From Octopus vulgaris (taxonomy: Eukaryota): DNA of 64,000 bases. The DNA lies in assembly GCA_951406725.2 (NCBI GenBank), contig OX597822.1, positions 87,110,001-87,174,000 on the forward strand. Direction: 5' to 3'. The notes under the pieces were generated by a model. The model was not told the origin of the DNA, searched no databases, and saw nothing but the letters and a program-made list of their open reading frames with translations. Every line of letters begins with the position of its first letter. Position 1 is the stretch's first letter. This document shows, in pieces, positions 23,822-36,688 of the stretch. Made by a program: the position numbers and the translations under genes.

Positions 23822-26800
23822 ATCATACTTACATGATGAATACTACTTCCTCTGTGAACTGTTTACGATGGAAACAAAATCTTCACTCAGGTGGATGCTG
23901 AAAGCTTCACTGCATTTCAACCTCATGTTTATTACCATATGTGTTCCAGCTGTGATTGTCTAATCTTTTATTCCAACATATCCAATATGTTTCTTTTTTA
24001 TGGCAGTGGGCTACAATCCGAGGGAAATTTGGCTGACATTTCTGACTCAGTTACATAGAGATTCTTTCATTAGCTCAAGCAGTTTTTTGCCCTTAACTTT
24101 AGCTGTGTTTATCCTATTACAGTTTTTGGATCAAAATGAAGTCATTGACGCCACGGCTTTTGTGGCTGTCTTCACTGAATAAGGACAGGATTTTAATATT
24201 TTAGTTTAGAAGAGTGAGCTGCCAGAATTGTGACTGTGCCAGGCAAAACGCTTAGTGACGTTTCACCTGCCTTTAGGTTCTGAGTTCAGATGCTGCTGAG
24301 GTTGACCTTGCCTTTCATCCTTCAGGGAGTCGATAAAATAAGTACCAGTTGAAAACTGGGGTCAATATAATCAGTTTAACTCCCCTGAAATTTCTGGCTT
24401 TGTGCCAAAATTAGAAACCAGTATTGCAGTTCTGCTGTAGATATTTGACTAATTTTTAAGAATGTAGCAGCAGAGCCTATGTGGATTGCAGCTTGTTGTA
24501 ATAATCAAACTATGACCCTTGCATAGCCTGGAAGTTCTTTAAAAATGGTTTTAGATTATTGTGTAAGTGTGCAGCCCCTATTAATGTGAAATGCATTGTT
24601 TTGTGTTTATTGTAATGGTTTGTAGGGGAGAGATTAAAGTCCCAGGCAAGACTTTCATAATCCTTTTTTATTTCTAATACATTGTCGATAGATTAGTGTT
24701 TTTTATGTTTTAGTTCTAGATTAGCTTGGTCAAATATATCTCAGACAGTCCTGTCAAGACATTCACCTCTTTTTATATATCAAGGACTTTATTGTCCCCT
24801 GTGTCCATTTCTTAAAATGGGAGACGTGTGTGTATGTTTTGAGAGACATTAGGCTGCTATTTTCATCAGGTCAGCCAACCCCATGGATGCTTTCTCATTG
24901 GCTCAGCTGTTTCTTGTGTTGACCAAATGTGGGGCTGTTACTGCTCTAAATATATTTGTACATTATTTTGATATTTTTTGTTTATATATCTTTATTGTGG
25001 TGTTATAGGAAGTTCTTGTATTTGTACAATATTTTTTGTAGTGTTCCTTATTTCTTTGTGTTCCAGCACAAAGGCCGTGGCCATGCTGGAGCACCACCAT
25101 TATGTTTGTTGCATTCAGCTTTTTTCTCGACACTTCCATCAAAATGCGACTTCCTTCTCATTATGTAGCTTCTTTGCTCAGTTGTTACCACTTTTCTCTG
25201 GTAACTAGCTTAGTTTGAACCAATGAGTTGCCACTCAGTGCTAAGTTGATGAACGGTTAATGGGACATGTTGAAATGAAATAATGGTCAGCACCATCAAC
25301 TTTACAATGCCACCACCACCACCATCACAAATGGCAGCAGCAGCAGCAGCTCTCAAAAGTTAATTTCAAAAACAAAAATCAATAATTTGAATGGAGTCAC
25401 TGTATTAACACATAATCGCTGGTAATTTGAGTGGTTGTTATTGTTGTTGTTGTTGCTGCCTTACATTTTAGCCAATGGTTGGAACTAGATCTTGGCTGTT
25501 TTTTTCGTTTTTTTTTATACCCAATAATTATACCCTTTAACCAATAATTCATAGTTAATCATTTCAAAATAAAATATTGAAATGTGTTAAAATATGAGGG
25601 GCAGCAATTTAAAAATGCATTGAACCATTTAACGGCAATATTTGATAGGATTCAACATCGTCATCATCATCATAATCAGGTATAACATCTCCATCATAAT
25701 TATTACTATCAGAACCATCCTCTCTCCACAAATCCCAAGAATCATAGAAATAAGTTCATTCTAAGAACAAGGTCTTCAATTTTGATTCTCTTGCTAAGAT
25801 GTTTGGCTCATGAATTCTCTATAAAACACTGATTGTATTCTAAATGACATAGTAATTGTCAAATGGAGTTCTGTTTTTTTTCTTTTTGTCCATCTAATTG
25901 TTTTATTCTTAGTTCACTATTAATGTTGATAAAAGTGCCAAAAATATTAAACTATAAACACCATTGCATGTTGTTTATATTTATGCCCCTGCAGACCTCA
26001 CCAAACCACTTTTGTAACACCCATCCATCTCATAGTTCATCTTCCTAATACCCATCCTTCCATCACTCTTCTAACTAAGGCACTACTCTCTCAGATATTG
26101 TAGTTATGAGAGCAAAACTCTACATATTTCATTCCTTACTGCTTACCCACCCTGGAAACACTTCCCTTTATCTTGTGGTATCATCGCTTCTTGTACAGCC
26201 TCTCTTTTCCCAACAACACCCCTTCCCCACCATCATTACGTCTGTTTGTCTCACATCATTTCCGCCTTTATGTATCTCTTATTTCATCTCTGGCACTGCA
26301 TCTCTCTCTCTCTCTTTACACACACACACAATTCACATCAACTTTGCTGTTACCTTTTACCTCTTTAACTCACACCTATTCTTCTCTCCACCTTCCCTTC
26401 CATGATTGACCATGCCCCCACTTACTGCATTTCCCCCTTTCCTCATCTCTATCTATCTGTCACACCACCACCAACTTACCCATTTCATATTCATCCTCCT
26501 GTAAGCCGAGCCTATTCATTGACACTGCTTCACCACCAAACTCTTTCTTTTCCAAATGGGGTAATCATCTACCTGCATGACAAAAAGACACCTGTTTCCA
26601 CCCTTTTATCATACTCCTAATCCCCTGGCATAAAGCCACCTCATTCAGTATTGCAGCTCCCTTGCAAGTTGCTTGGTCATCTCAGTGCTGGTGCCTTGCA
26701 AAAAATGCCCAGTACAACCCAGTAAAGTGGTTAGCAAAGCAGACGGTAGAGCTTAGCACAATCTTTTCACTTGCCAGCTCCTGTCAAACTGCTCGACCCA

Positions 26801-26876
26801 TACCATAGAAAATGGACATTAGATGATGATGATGATGATGATGATGAATAAAGAGTTATAAATTTAAATCCCATTC

Positions 26877-27250
26877 TTACCTCTGCCAAGGAAGGACGTT
26901 ATGTTTTCATCGGCATTGGTTTGTCCGTCTGTGTGCAAAATAACTCAAAAAGTTGTGAATGGTATTTGATGAAACTTGCAGGAAAGTTGGTAATGAATGA
27001 CACCAGGAAGAGATGAAATTTTTATGGATTCTTGAAGGATTTTTCATTTGTTATTTTTACTTTACATGAAGTGTTACAATGTTATGTTCTTTGATTATCT
27101 CCCTTGAAAACACGTTCACCATTTCCATGTAACCTATGGCGGCGATGCTGTTTCCAAAGTTTATTTTCATTTCTCTATTAGTAATTTTACTCATGTATCT
27201 GTCTTAAAATGAGCTGCTTGGCACTACTCTCTCAGCTACTGTTTTCTAAT
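26877..27250 (+). mobile_element. Non-autonomous Helitron/Helentron-associated (HINE/DINE-1-like) element
   Basis: Starts ttacctctgccaagg...gttatgttttc...gtttgtccgtctgt...aaaataactcaaaaagttg; a subterminal inverted copy cttggca and a ttttcta end near 27217-27249. Family call is from recalled architecture. Confidence 0.6.
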
Positions 27251-28208
27251 TGTTTTCTTCTATCTGCTCACCTATACCATATCACATCACTGTTCACTTG
27301 ATATTTTGTAAATATTCAAGTCTAAGATGCTCAGAAAGATATCAGTTATTTCATAGAAATCCTTCTTCTATTTAGTGTAAACGGTGATGATGGAATCAGT
27401 ATAGTGATGATATGCTTATAAACCAATGCCTATGATTTTTATAAACTACAATACTGTATATGCTTATGTATTCAATGAAATATCTCTATAGTTACAAAAG
27501 AGTGGAACAACATTAGTATGTAATCTGAACTGAAAATTTTAAATTTCAGAAGCCATGAAAGGAAAACCAGTTCTTAATTGTAGCAAATGTCTTTTGGTTT
27601 TGTATTTTTTGATGTTGCTGAGATAGATTATAGGTTAATTATTAATGAGTCACAAAATAAAAACCCCTGATATTTCAAATCCTGTGAAAGCTTTTGTTGT
27701 TGAGTAACCTTGACTAAATCTGCTCGAACATATGTTGATAGCTGAAGGAAGCTGGCTTATTTGAATAGGTTGTGCAACTACAGAGATAAAGCAGGGTTAT
27801 CAAGGTAATAGCTTGATGCTGTAAGTATCTGCAAAGAAAGAATTGAGACCAACATGGTTGATAAGATATTGCTTTCAAATTTTGGCACAAGGCCAGCAAT
27901 TTTGGGGGAGGGACTAAGTTGATTACATGGACTCCAGTACTTGACTGGTACTTATTGACCCCAAAAGCATGAAAGACAAAGTTGACCCTGGTGGCATTTG
28001 AACTCAGTATGTAAAGTCAGAAGAAATGTCGTTAAGCATTTCATCCCGTGTGATGATGATTCTTCCTGCTGATTGCCTTACAGGGGTTAACATCTTAAAC
28101 ATAGAGATGTCCCAAAACTTTAATTGCAGATCAAATCCTTAAATAATTTTATTCTGTTTTACAGACTGTTATCCTTGTTGATGTCATCTTCATTGGTTTC
28201 TTTTTCAG

Positions 28209-28324
28209 TGAATACCACAAAACTAAGGCGAGACTTTCATGTCAGTGAAAGAAATAGTCATGAAGTATGGATTGAAAATCCCACATATGTTTCAGTTGGG
28301 GAGGAAGTTACACTTCGGCTGAAT
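28209..28324 (+). CDS. Polycystin-1-like gene, exon D (116 nt, phase 1/0)
   Basis: Acceptor tttttcag at 28208, donor aat|gtaagt. Translates (V)NTTKLRRDFHVSERNSHEVWIENPTYVSVGEEVTLRLN, closing one PKD domain and opening the next (P..V.VGE.VT). Confidence 0.88.
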
Positions 28325-28749
28325 GTAAGTAGTAAACATATTGCTTATCTATCGAAATAAACTGAAATGTTGTTTGGATTCTATTCTATTCTTGTATACC
28401 CTAATTACCTGAGCCATCTTTGCTTTCACCACAATCCTAGCATCAAGGGTAAAGATGGGTTAGTATTTACCCAGATGACAAACCAAGAGATGATGGTTCA
28501 TATCTTGTCAACAGTGCTATAATGTGACTGGGAATAAGTTTATAAAACTATTTGTACTCAAGATGGTTTCATTCACCAATGTAAAGAAGAGATACTTTAT
28601 AAAATTGATGAATGGCTCACTCACTTACATCAATGCAGTGTTTAATGCTACCTCAGCACAAAGTGAGTTCAACATTGCCATCTGCTGACTGAATGCTACC
28701 AAGACATGTGAAGCATTGAACTTCTGTCTATTCCCTATTGATTGATACT

Positions 28750-29250
28750 TTGTGTGCTGGAATATTCAACAAACTCCAATCAATATGGCAATCAAAGAGG
28801 CTTACATCACAAACCAAATAAAAGTTAATCTGGTCAATTGTTATCACAACAACCACCTATGATGCTGACACATGGAAGATTACTGCCAGAATTGAAAAAC
28901 AGACTGATATCTTTGAACAAAGATGTCTCCAGAAAATCCTGGGCATTAGATAGCAAGACAAGATAACAGATGAGGAGAACCAATGTCACACACCTGAGTC
29001 ATGTCATTAAGGGTAAAAGAACGCAACTGGCAGAGTCCTACAAATGGGGAACAACATTGTAGCAAAAACTACAATCACATGGTTACCAGTTGGTGGGAAG
29101 AGACCAAATGGTGGCCAAAGAAAACTTTGAGCTCTTTCCTTAAAGATGACTTGTGCAACTGTGGCACAAACTGGTTTCAAGCTCTTACTCTAACTAGAGA
29201 TAGAGAAAATTGGAAGAGCATAGAGGCCAGTTGCATTGAGGCTGGAGGAA
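28750..29250 (+). mobile_element. Old RTE/BovB-like LINE ORF2 C-terminal remnant
   Basis: GIFNKLQSIWQSKRLTSQTK*KL...TYDADTWKIT...IFEQRCLQKILGIR*QDKITDEE. Confidence 0.8.
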
Positions 29251-29553
29251 CCAGATGATAGATAACAGCACAAAGTCACTTATGTTAGATTGTGTTGTTT
29301 TATCTATATTTTTCAGTCAGGTAAATACAAGAAAAACAAATATTAAAAAACGTTGTAAGCCACTAATTCATCTGTTTCTCTTCAATTATTATGTTAGCCT
29401 CACTTTCTCTCTTAGCCTAGCACTGAGTGATGTGATACAAACACATAATATTTCAGACAAGGGATTAGAACTCTTGTAGCCAGTCATCCAATAGAATTAA
29501 TCATGAAACCAGTTGTTTGCTAGAGAGACTGCATATTAGTAGACTTACAGCAA

Positions 29554-29605
<52 letters not shown>

Positions 29606-30030
29606 CAAACACACAGGACATTATTTGAAATTTATGATTGCTATTTTGCTAGAATTTTATTAATGCATTCATCAAAGATTATATCATAAGATATAATCCA
29701 CCATCATCAGGTAAAATTTCAAACAGGTGAGATTTCTAACATTAGCCCAGGCTGGTAGATTATATGATGTACTCTTCTATGAATGCATTAATAAAATTCT
29801 ACCAAAACAGCTGTCATATACTTACTTTTTATACCTATGCCACACTGTACCTATGCCAGAGTTGGAATCTCTGGTTTCAATTGGATTTGATACTTGCATA
29901 TCTATAGTATCCTACCAGTATTTGATGTCTTTGATGTTGTTTACCTCACTGTGAGCCTTATGTTATCGTACCTAGCCATTTTTGGTGTCCTGTGTGTTTA
30001 TGTGTCAAGATTCTAATGAATCCTAATAAC

Positions 30031-30198
30031 TTAGTTACTACACACATTTTTTCTTTCCTTGTTTTTTCTGTGTCCCTTTCTGTAGAAGAGCGTAGGCTCG
30101 AAACATAAAAGACTTTTTCTATTCTTGAGCGTTATACTAATACATCTGTTTGTTTTGTACACCACCTGTCTTCGTCTTTTGTTTTTTTCGTAAACTCT

Positions 30199-30201
<3 letters not shown>
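30031..30201 (+). mobile_element. (TA)n-associated ~170-bp repeat, probable Penelope-like pLTR fragment
   Basis: Second copy in opposite orientation at 36155-36333; both abut (TA)n; carries a hammerhead-like core at 30076-30111. Confidence 0.6.
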
Positions 30202-30237
<36 letters not shown>

Positions 30238-31068
30238 CATATTAATAGACAGATATATAATACCATGATAATTTATAATTTAACATATTTACATTTGTAG
30301 CATCTTTTTATGATAAATCATAAACACACATTTTAATATCATACTATAATATACCTCAAATTTTCAAATAAGCTGCAATATCTTCCAATTCCTATTTAAT
30401 TATTTAAAAGCTAATTAATTTTAGAGTTCTTTTTCAAAACATCCACTGCTCTTGGCTTAAATGTACTCATTTGCCACCCTGATGAAAATTTCTCTACTCA
30501 TTATTGATTCATTTCTCTGTAAATTATCTCTTAATGTGATGGATGAATGCCTGATTAGGGTGGTTTGCTATCTGTTATTAAAGTTGAGCGATTGGTCAAC
30601 AAATAATTTTGAATGATATTTTAGTTCTTTGTATATTATTCTGTCTGTGATGGACAGACTATACTCCACTTTGCATGTTAAATGTATTTCATTTTGAGTA
30701 TTTTCATCTCATTATGTAAGTAATCCTAAGGTCTGGTCTTTATGTTGCCAGGCACAGTAGGAAGTGAGTTATACTTTTCTTCTTAGAGATTTGGTGGAGG
30801 GGGGGGAGCTGGAGTGCCTGGGTCACAATGGTACAACCTGACACTGGAGTCTCTCTACTTGCTTACTTGTCTGACCTGTCAGAATTCACAAACAAATGGC
30901 CTCAAATAGACTCCAAACCAGCATAGCAATGGGTGGGTGGGGGGGGCATTGAAAGATCTAAGCAAAAATTATGCTTATGACCTTGATGTTAATGATGTGG
31001 TGCTGTTGAAAGATGGAACTAATAACAATCATAGTTGAACTATTTTAGATATTTGCAGGGAACAAATA

Positions 31069-31103
<35 letters not shown>

Positions 31104-31521
31104 CTTTACCCTCTCACTCCCCACTCTCTTTCTGTTGAATTTATGGCTAACTAAATTAAAGTTTTAGGTCTGATTTATTTTGAAAATATGCATTTCTGAT
31201 ATTTCTTACTTTTATATTTATTACTCTGCATAGTAGTTAACTACCCTTTAAGTTAGTATTTGTATTCTCTTTTTATGTATTCTTAACTTGGTTAGTGGTT
31301 CTCAAGCTGAGATATACACTCTCTCTACACCACAAAATTAGCATAGGTTTTAACGTCTTCTCTATAGACAAGAAGACAATATAGAGTTTGTATTTGAATA
31401 TATTTTCTTTCTTCACTGCCTCAGTGTTAGGCGAAGAAGTTTAAAAACCTTCTAAATTTTAGTCAATATGGCATACAATCCTCCTCCATTGTGAGTAGGA
31501 CTTGATCCTTCTTAGTCAAAA

Positions 31522-31552
<31 letters not shown>

Positions 31553-32756
31553 ATTAAACAAATAGCTTCTGTACTTAATTTATCCAAATAAATCTGTGTG
31601 CCATACAAGTAAAACAACTTGTGTGCTCTTCTCATTGATTTCACTCGAATGGATTGTCTTTTTCAATTTCTACATCATCTGTGCAATCATTTTCTATTGA
31701 AGAATTTAGAATTAGTTTATTTGTGAAACTTTACTACTGTAGTATACGTGTGGAATTTTTCTTCTGCTTAAACATTAGAAAGAAAATCAATTTTTATTTA
31801 AAACAGACAAATAACTCTGCTTTGGCTAATGATACCGTTTATAATCAACTAGTTTGTTGATAGTATAACCACAAACAAAACAGTGTGAATGGTTAGTGGT
31901 GTACTAATTAGAAAACAAAATTAAGAGTAGAAATCTTGCTAAAGTCATTTTATTGGACTTCTGGAAAAGTCTCATTACTCTACTTTTCTCTGTCTGTCTT
32001 GATGGAAGTAGGTCCTTGTCCACTTATTTTTACATTCGTTAGTCCAGGAAAAAATACTATTTTAGATGCCGTTCGAATGGATTCAAAGGTAGTATAGAGT
32101 AGTTAATGTGGTTAACATTAAATTGAAACATCTTGGTTTGTTTGGGGAAAATGAGAACAAGTAAATCAGGAAGGAAGGATCGAGTAAAGAGCATTGGACA
32201 GTGAGGGTCAAGAAGGAATTCAGACACTGAAGGTTAAGAAGGGATTCAGTGTTTATCAAGTGAGGAGGTGTATGTAGATATCTATGCACGTGTGTGTGTG
32301 TGTGTGTGTGTGTATGTGTCTGAGTTTGTATATAGCCAAAGAAGTTCCATTTACAATCATGTGGTCCCTAGTTTGTTCCCAATGAGTTGTCTCACAGATA
32401 TTAATGAATGAAATGGATAAACAAAATCCAAGTGGAAACCTGTCAACTGGACTCAACATGTAATGGAAAAACTAACCTTGTCCCCTATTGTATCAGTGCT
32501 GGTTCTGTTTGATGGTTACCACTCTCTGAATACTGACATGTTTAATACACAGACATAAGGGTTCGTGAGTTTTAAGAATGAAAAATGAGAATTTGTGGCT
32601 TTCATGGTTTTGCTAGAGGCAATACCATTGCAAGAAATGGTTACAGGTAGAAACTGAGACTTGGTTGTAGAATCTCTGAGAGGTGGCAGCAAAATATTGC
32701 TATATTAATTACCTATTTCTTCAAGTTTGATTCAAAGAAATAGCAGTTGTGTTTAT

Positions 32757-32757
32757 G

Positions 32758-32788
<31 letters not shown>

Positions 32789-32795
32789 CAGCAGC

Positions 32796-32849
<54 letters not shown>

Positions 32850-32871
32850 TGTTGTTGTTGTTGTTGTAGTG

Positions 32872-32941
<70 letters not shown>

Positions 32942-32955
32942 CAGCAGCAGCAGTA
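32757..32955. repeat. Compound trinucleotide microsatellite (GTA)n/(GCA)n/(GTT)n
   Basis: Seen directly; explains the poly-S/V/T/Y ORFs in the track. Confidence 0.98.
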
Positions 32956-33582
32956 ACTGTTTGTTTCTGACATTTGCTGGTTTCCATATGGTTCATTATA
33001 TTTGTACAAGAAAGTAAATTAGTGTTGTTAAATCATTGATAACAATATAATCAAGATGAGAAATCTTAAACCATTGCATGTCTTAAACAAGGCATTGTTA
33101 TCTTGCAAAACATTGAAGGGGTCCATAATGGGAAATCTTTATCATATAAATCTTGGTGACTTTCTTTTGTTTTGCTGATTGTGTTACATTATCTACAAAC
33201 CCATGAGCCTTGCAACAGATGTCTCTGTACTGGACAATAACATAAGCAATTAGATGTCTCAAAATGAAATATGATATAAAGAGTAACTTAATGAGTAAAA
33301 TTCCATGCACTTCATCATCATCATCATCAGCAGCAGCAGCAGCAGCAGAAGCAGCAACGGCAATAGAAGAAGCAACATCATTATCAAAGTTCTCTTCGTT
33401 GTAGTTCTGCATTGCAGCATATCACAATTCATCTTTATTATGTCTAATGTTATCTGTGAGGCCCAAAATAGACTTCACTTCTTCCCAGTTAACAGTTCCA
33501 CTTTACAAGTGTCATGTCACTTAGCTACCTTTTGAGCAGCTTTCCAGATAAATCTAATATATATATATATATATATGTATAT

Positions 33583-34455
33583 CATCATTATCATCATTTA
33601 ACGGCTGCAAGCCCAATCAAACTGTCCATGGGTTGGACAGTTTGATTGGGCTGGCATACTGGAAGGCTGCACCAGACTCCAGTCTGATTTGGCATGGTTT
33701 TCTATGGCTGGATGCCCTTCCTAATGCCGACCACTCTGAGAGTGTAATGCATGCTTTTATGTGCCATTGGCATGAGTGCCATTTGCATGACACCTATATC
33801 TGCCATGACTGCAATTTTCCTTGGCTTGATAGATCTTCTTCTCAAGCACAACATAATGCCAAAGGTCTTGGTCATTGCCTCCCTGAGGCCCAACACTCGA
33901 AAGGAACTTAGCCACTTTGCCTCCATGAGGCCCACTGCTCAAAAGGAACTCAGCTACCTCACCTCTGTGAGGCCCAACACTCAAAAGGAACTCAGCTACA
34001 ATGCCTCCATGAGGCCCAACACTCGAAAGGAGCTCAGCCACCTCGCTCAATGTTCAAAGGTTGATTTTTTTTTATGTGCCACCAGCACAGGTGTAGTTAG
34101 CTTGACAAGTCCTCTTAAGTAGAGCACATCGCCAAAGGTCTCAGTCACTAGTCATTGCCTCTGCAAGGTTCAAAGTTCGAAGATCATGCTTCACCACCTC
34201 GTCCCATGTCTTCCTGGATCTACCTCTACCACAGATTCCCTTTGCAGTTAGAGATCAGCACTTCTTTACACAGCTGTCTTTGTCCATACGCATCAAATGA
34301 CCATACCAGTGCAGTCGTCTCTCTTGCATACCACATCTAATGCCTCTTATGCCTAACTCAAGATGCTTACACTCTGTTGAACGTGTGCACTAACGTTGCA
34401 CATCCAGCCAAGCATACTCGCTTCATTTCTCTCAAGCCTATGCATGTCCTCGTCT
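33583..34455 (-). mobile_element. RTE LINE 3' portion (ORF2 C-terminus + 3' UTR) with an internal 42-bp tandem array
   Basis: Minus strand NEASMLGWMCNVSAH...RRLHWYGHLM...GRGRSRKTWDEVVKHDL; (GAT)n-type tail at 33583; homologous to 45645-46755. Confidence 0.85.
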
Positions 34456-34465
34456 GTTATACCCC

Positions 34466-34526
<61 letters not shown>

Positions 34527-35818
34527 CAATGGTTTAAAGTCATATTATTTCTTTCTGGCTTCCTTCCATCTACTACATTTAGTGTCCATATCTCTCTACT
34601 AAACATCATCATACTTCTTACAAATGCTTCATGAAATCTATCCTTTGTATGCAGTGAGCTCCTTATATGCTAACAGAGGTGACAATTCTCTAAGGTAATA
34701 ATTTAGTTGATGGACATTATATATTAGTTTATATATTATTATATGCAAGTGAATATATTGGTTTGATGCTTCTGTTAGTCAAATTGTCTTCAAAAGCTAA
34801 AGTTTTGTTTGGAAATATGTACTAACTTAGCTATGCTTTGTATAAAATGTATACTGAAGTTTATTGTTCACTTTATTTCTGAAAGATTCACTTCAAAACA
34901 AACATTCCTTTATATCTTCTTAAACATAAACTTAGAACAACATTAAATATATCTTTGATAAACAGGTACATAGTTACCCTGCTCAGTAGAGTGACCAAAC
35001 CTCTTTCATCAAACACTTTATCATAAATGGAGGTTCTCTTAAATCTTATAACTAAAACTTAGTATTAAATATTAAGGCATTATAACCCTGCAATAAAAAA
35101 ATAGGGTATAAAATACTAAAATTGTCCAATCAAATATTTTTACATAATTGGCTACTTTAGTGGTGTTGCTTGATGGGGGTTCACAGCCACAACATCCCTA
35201 AAACCTTGAGGGGAAAACTTTTTTTTTTATATCAACTCAGTATTTCTAATTACTTTTTCCAACCCTTCCTTTGCTTTAAATGTGTCAAAATTCTAACTTA
35301 GCTGTTCTTTTGCATGATGATGGCATATATCAATTATTTATTCTTGAAATTACTCTATTTTTCTAAATCAATAATTGTACAATCTTGCGAATTTACTTAT
35401 TGATTCAGTCATCTAATAGTAGGAAGCTGTGCTTTGTTGAGGCCAGAATAAAGCAAAAGATGTCTAGAGTGTTATCATAGGAAGTTTTAATCCTAAATTT
35501 TTATTTTCTGTCTTCTTGATTTGTAATTAGCCACCATTAACACACATCACTTAACATTATCCCTCCTCTCTATCTAGAGAGACTCAAGCACTTCCATGCA
35601 CACACACACACGCATGCACGCACACACACACACAGACACCCCCTCCAATTCCCAGTAATCTGGGTTACTCATTTCCATTCATCACTGGCAATCTGAGTTG
35701 ATAATCAGAAATGAATTACTCAAAGTATTGGAAATTCATGCCTTTCAGTTACACTTGTATTAAAGAATGCTCTACATTTGTATTGAGTCCTGTAATTTAT
35801 CACTTCTGATGAATCAAC

Positions 35819-35852
<34 letters not shown>

Positions 35853-36154
35853 GAGAGGTTTTGGTATCCAGAAGACCCAAGATGGCAGGTAAGGCTATGT
35901 AAGTGCTATGGAAGGACCACAGTTAGACTCCTGGTTTGATAATAATATGAGTGAGGAATCTAATATGGCTCATGTATGAGCATGTGTATGTTAAGTAAAA
36001 TTAGGCAACAAAGCCAAGGCAATGTGAAATGTCTAGGACATTTCTAAAGAGAAAGGTAGTCTTACAACTTTTTCTTTATAAATGTCCTAGACATTTCACA
36101 CTGCCTTGGCTTTGTTGTCTCATTTAATTTAATTCATATATATATATATATATA

Positions 36155-36333
36155 AAGGGAAAGTTTACGAAAATAAACAAAAGACGAAGGCAGGTGGTGT
36201 ACAAACAAACAGATGTATTAGTATAGCGCTCAGGAATAGAAAAAGTCTTTTACGTTTCAAGCCTACACTCTTTGATAGAAAGATACACAGAAAAAAACAA
36301 GGAGAGAAAAAAAAAATGTGTGTAGTAGCTAAC
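36155..36333 (-). mobile_element. Second copy of the (TA)n-associated ~170-bp Penelope-like repeat
   Basis: Reverse complement of 30031-30201; flanked by (TA)n on both sides. Confidence 0.6.
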
Positions 36334-36361
36334 AATATATATATATATATATATATACTCT

Positions 36362-36688
36362 AACAGAGGTTTCTCACAAGAAGGAGGAGGAATCAGGGAC
36401 ATATGACTTAGAGGATAATTGGAAGCTCCCATGGGACAACCTACTGAGAGTTACAGACCAAATGTATGGCTGGTGCAAAGTCCCAGCTAGGCTGAGGGTG
36501 ACATGATGGTGGAGCAAGGAGGTAGACAGCACTATAAAAACAGAGGCAGGCCTGGAAAGATTGGGAAAATGGTGGAAGCAGAGAATTATATCAGGCATTG
36601 CAAAAGGAATAGCAGAGGGCAAGAGATTTGCCTATGTTCTACAGTGTGAGGTGTTCAGGATTGCAAAGCAGTGTATCAGAGAGAATAG
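36362..36688 (+). mobile_element. RTE ORF2 linker-region remnant
   Basis: RVTDQMYGWCKVPARLRVT*WWSKEVDSTIK...EGKRFAYVLQCEVFRIAKQCIREN (TWWWN..V-type motif). Confidence 0.65.

Noticed and set aside
32713-33017. Poly-Ser/Val/Thr/Tyr ORFs, and the many YIYI/VCVC/LSLS ORFs elsewhere
   Set aside because: Translations of microsatellites.
33877-34060. 42-bp array as CRISPR, hammerhead array or coding repeat (ORF 33751-34122)
   Set aside because: No spacers; ctgaggc is not a CUGAnGA core; the sequence derives from the antisense of an RTE LINE.
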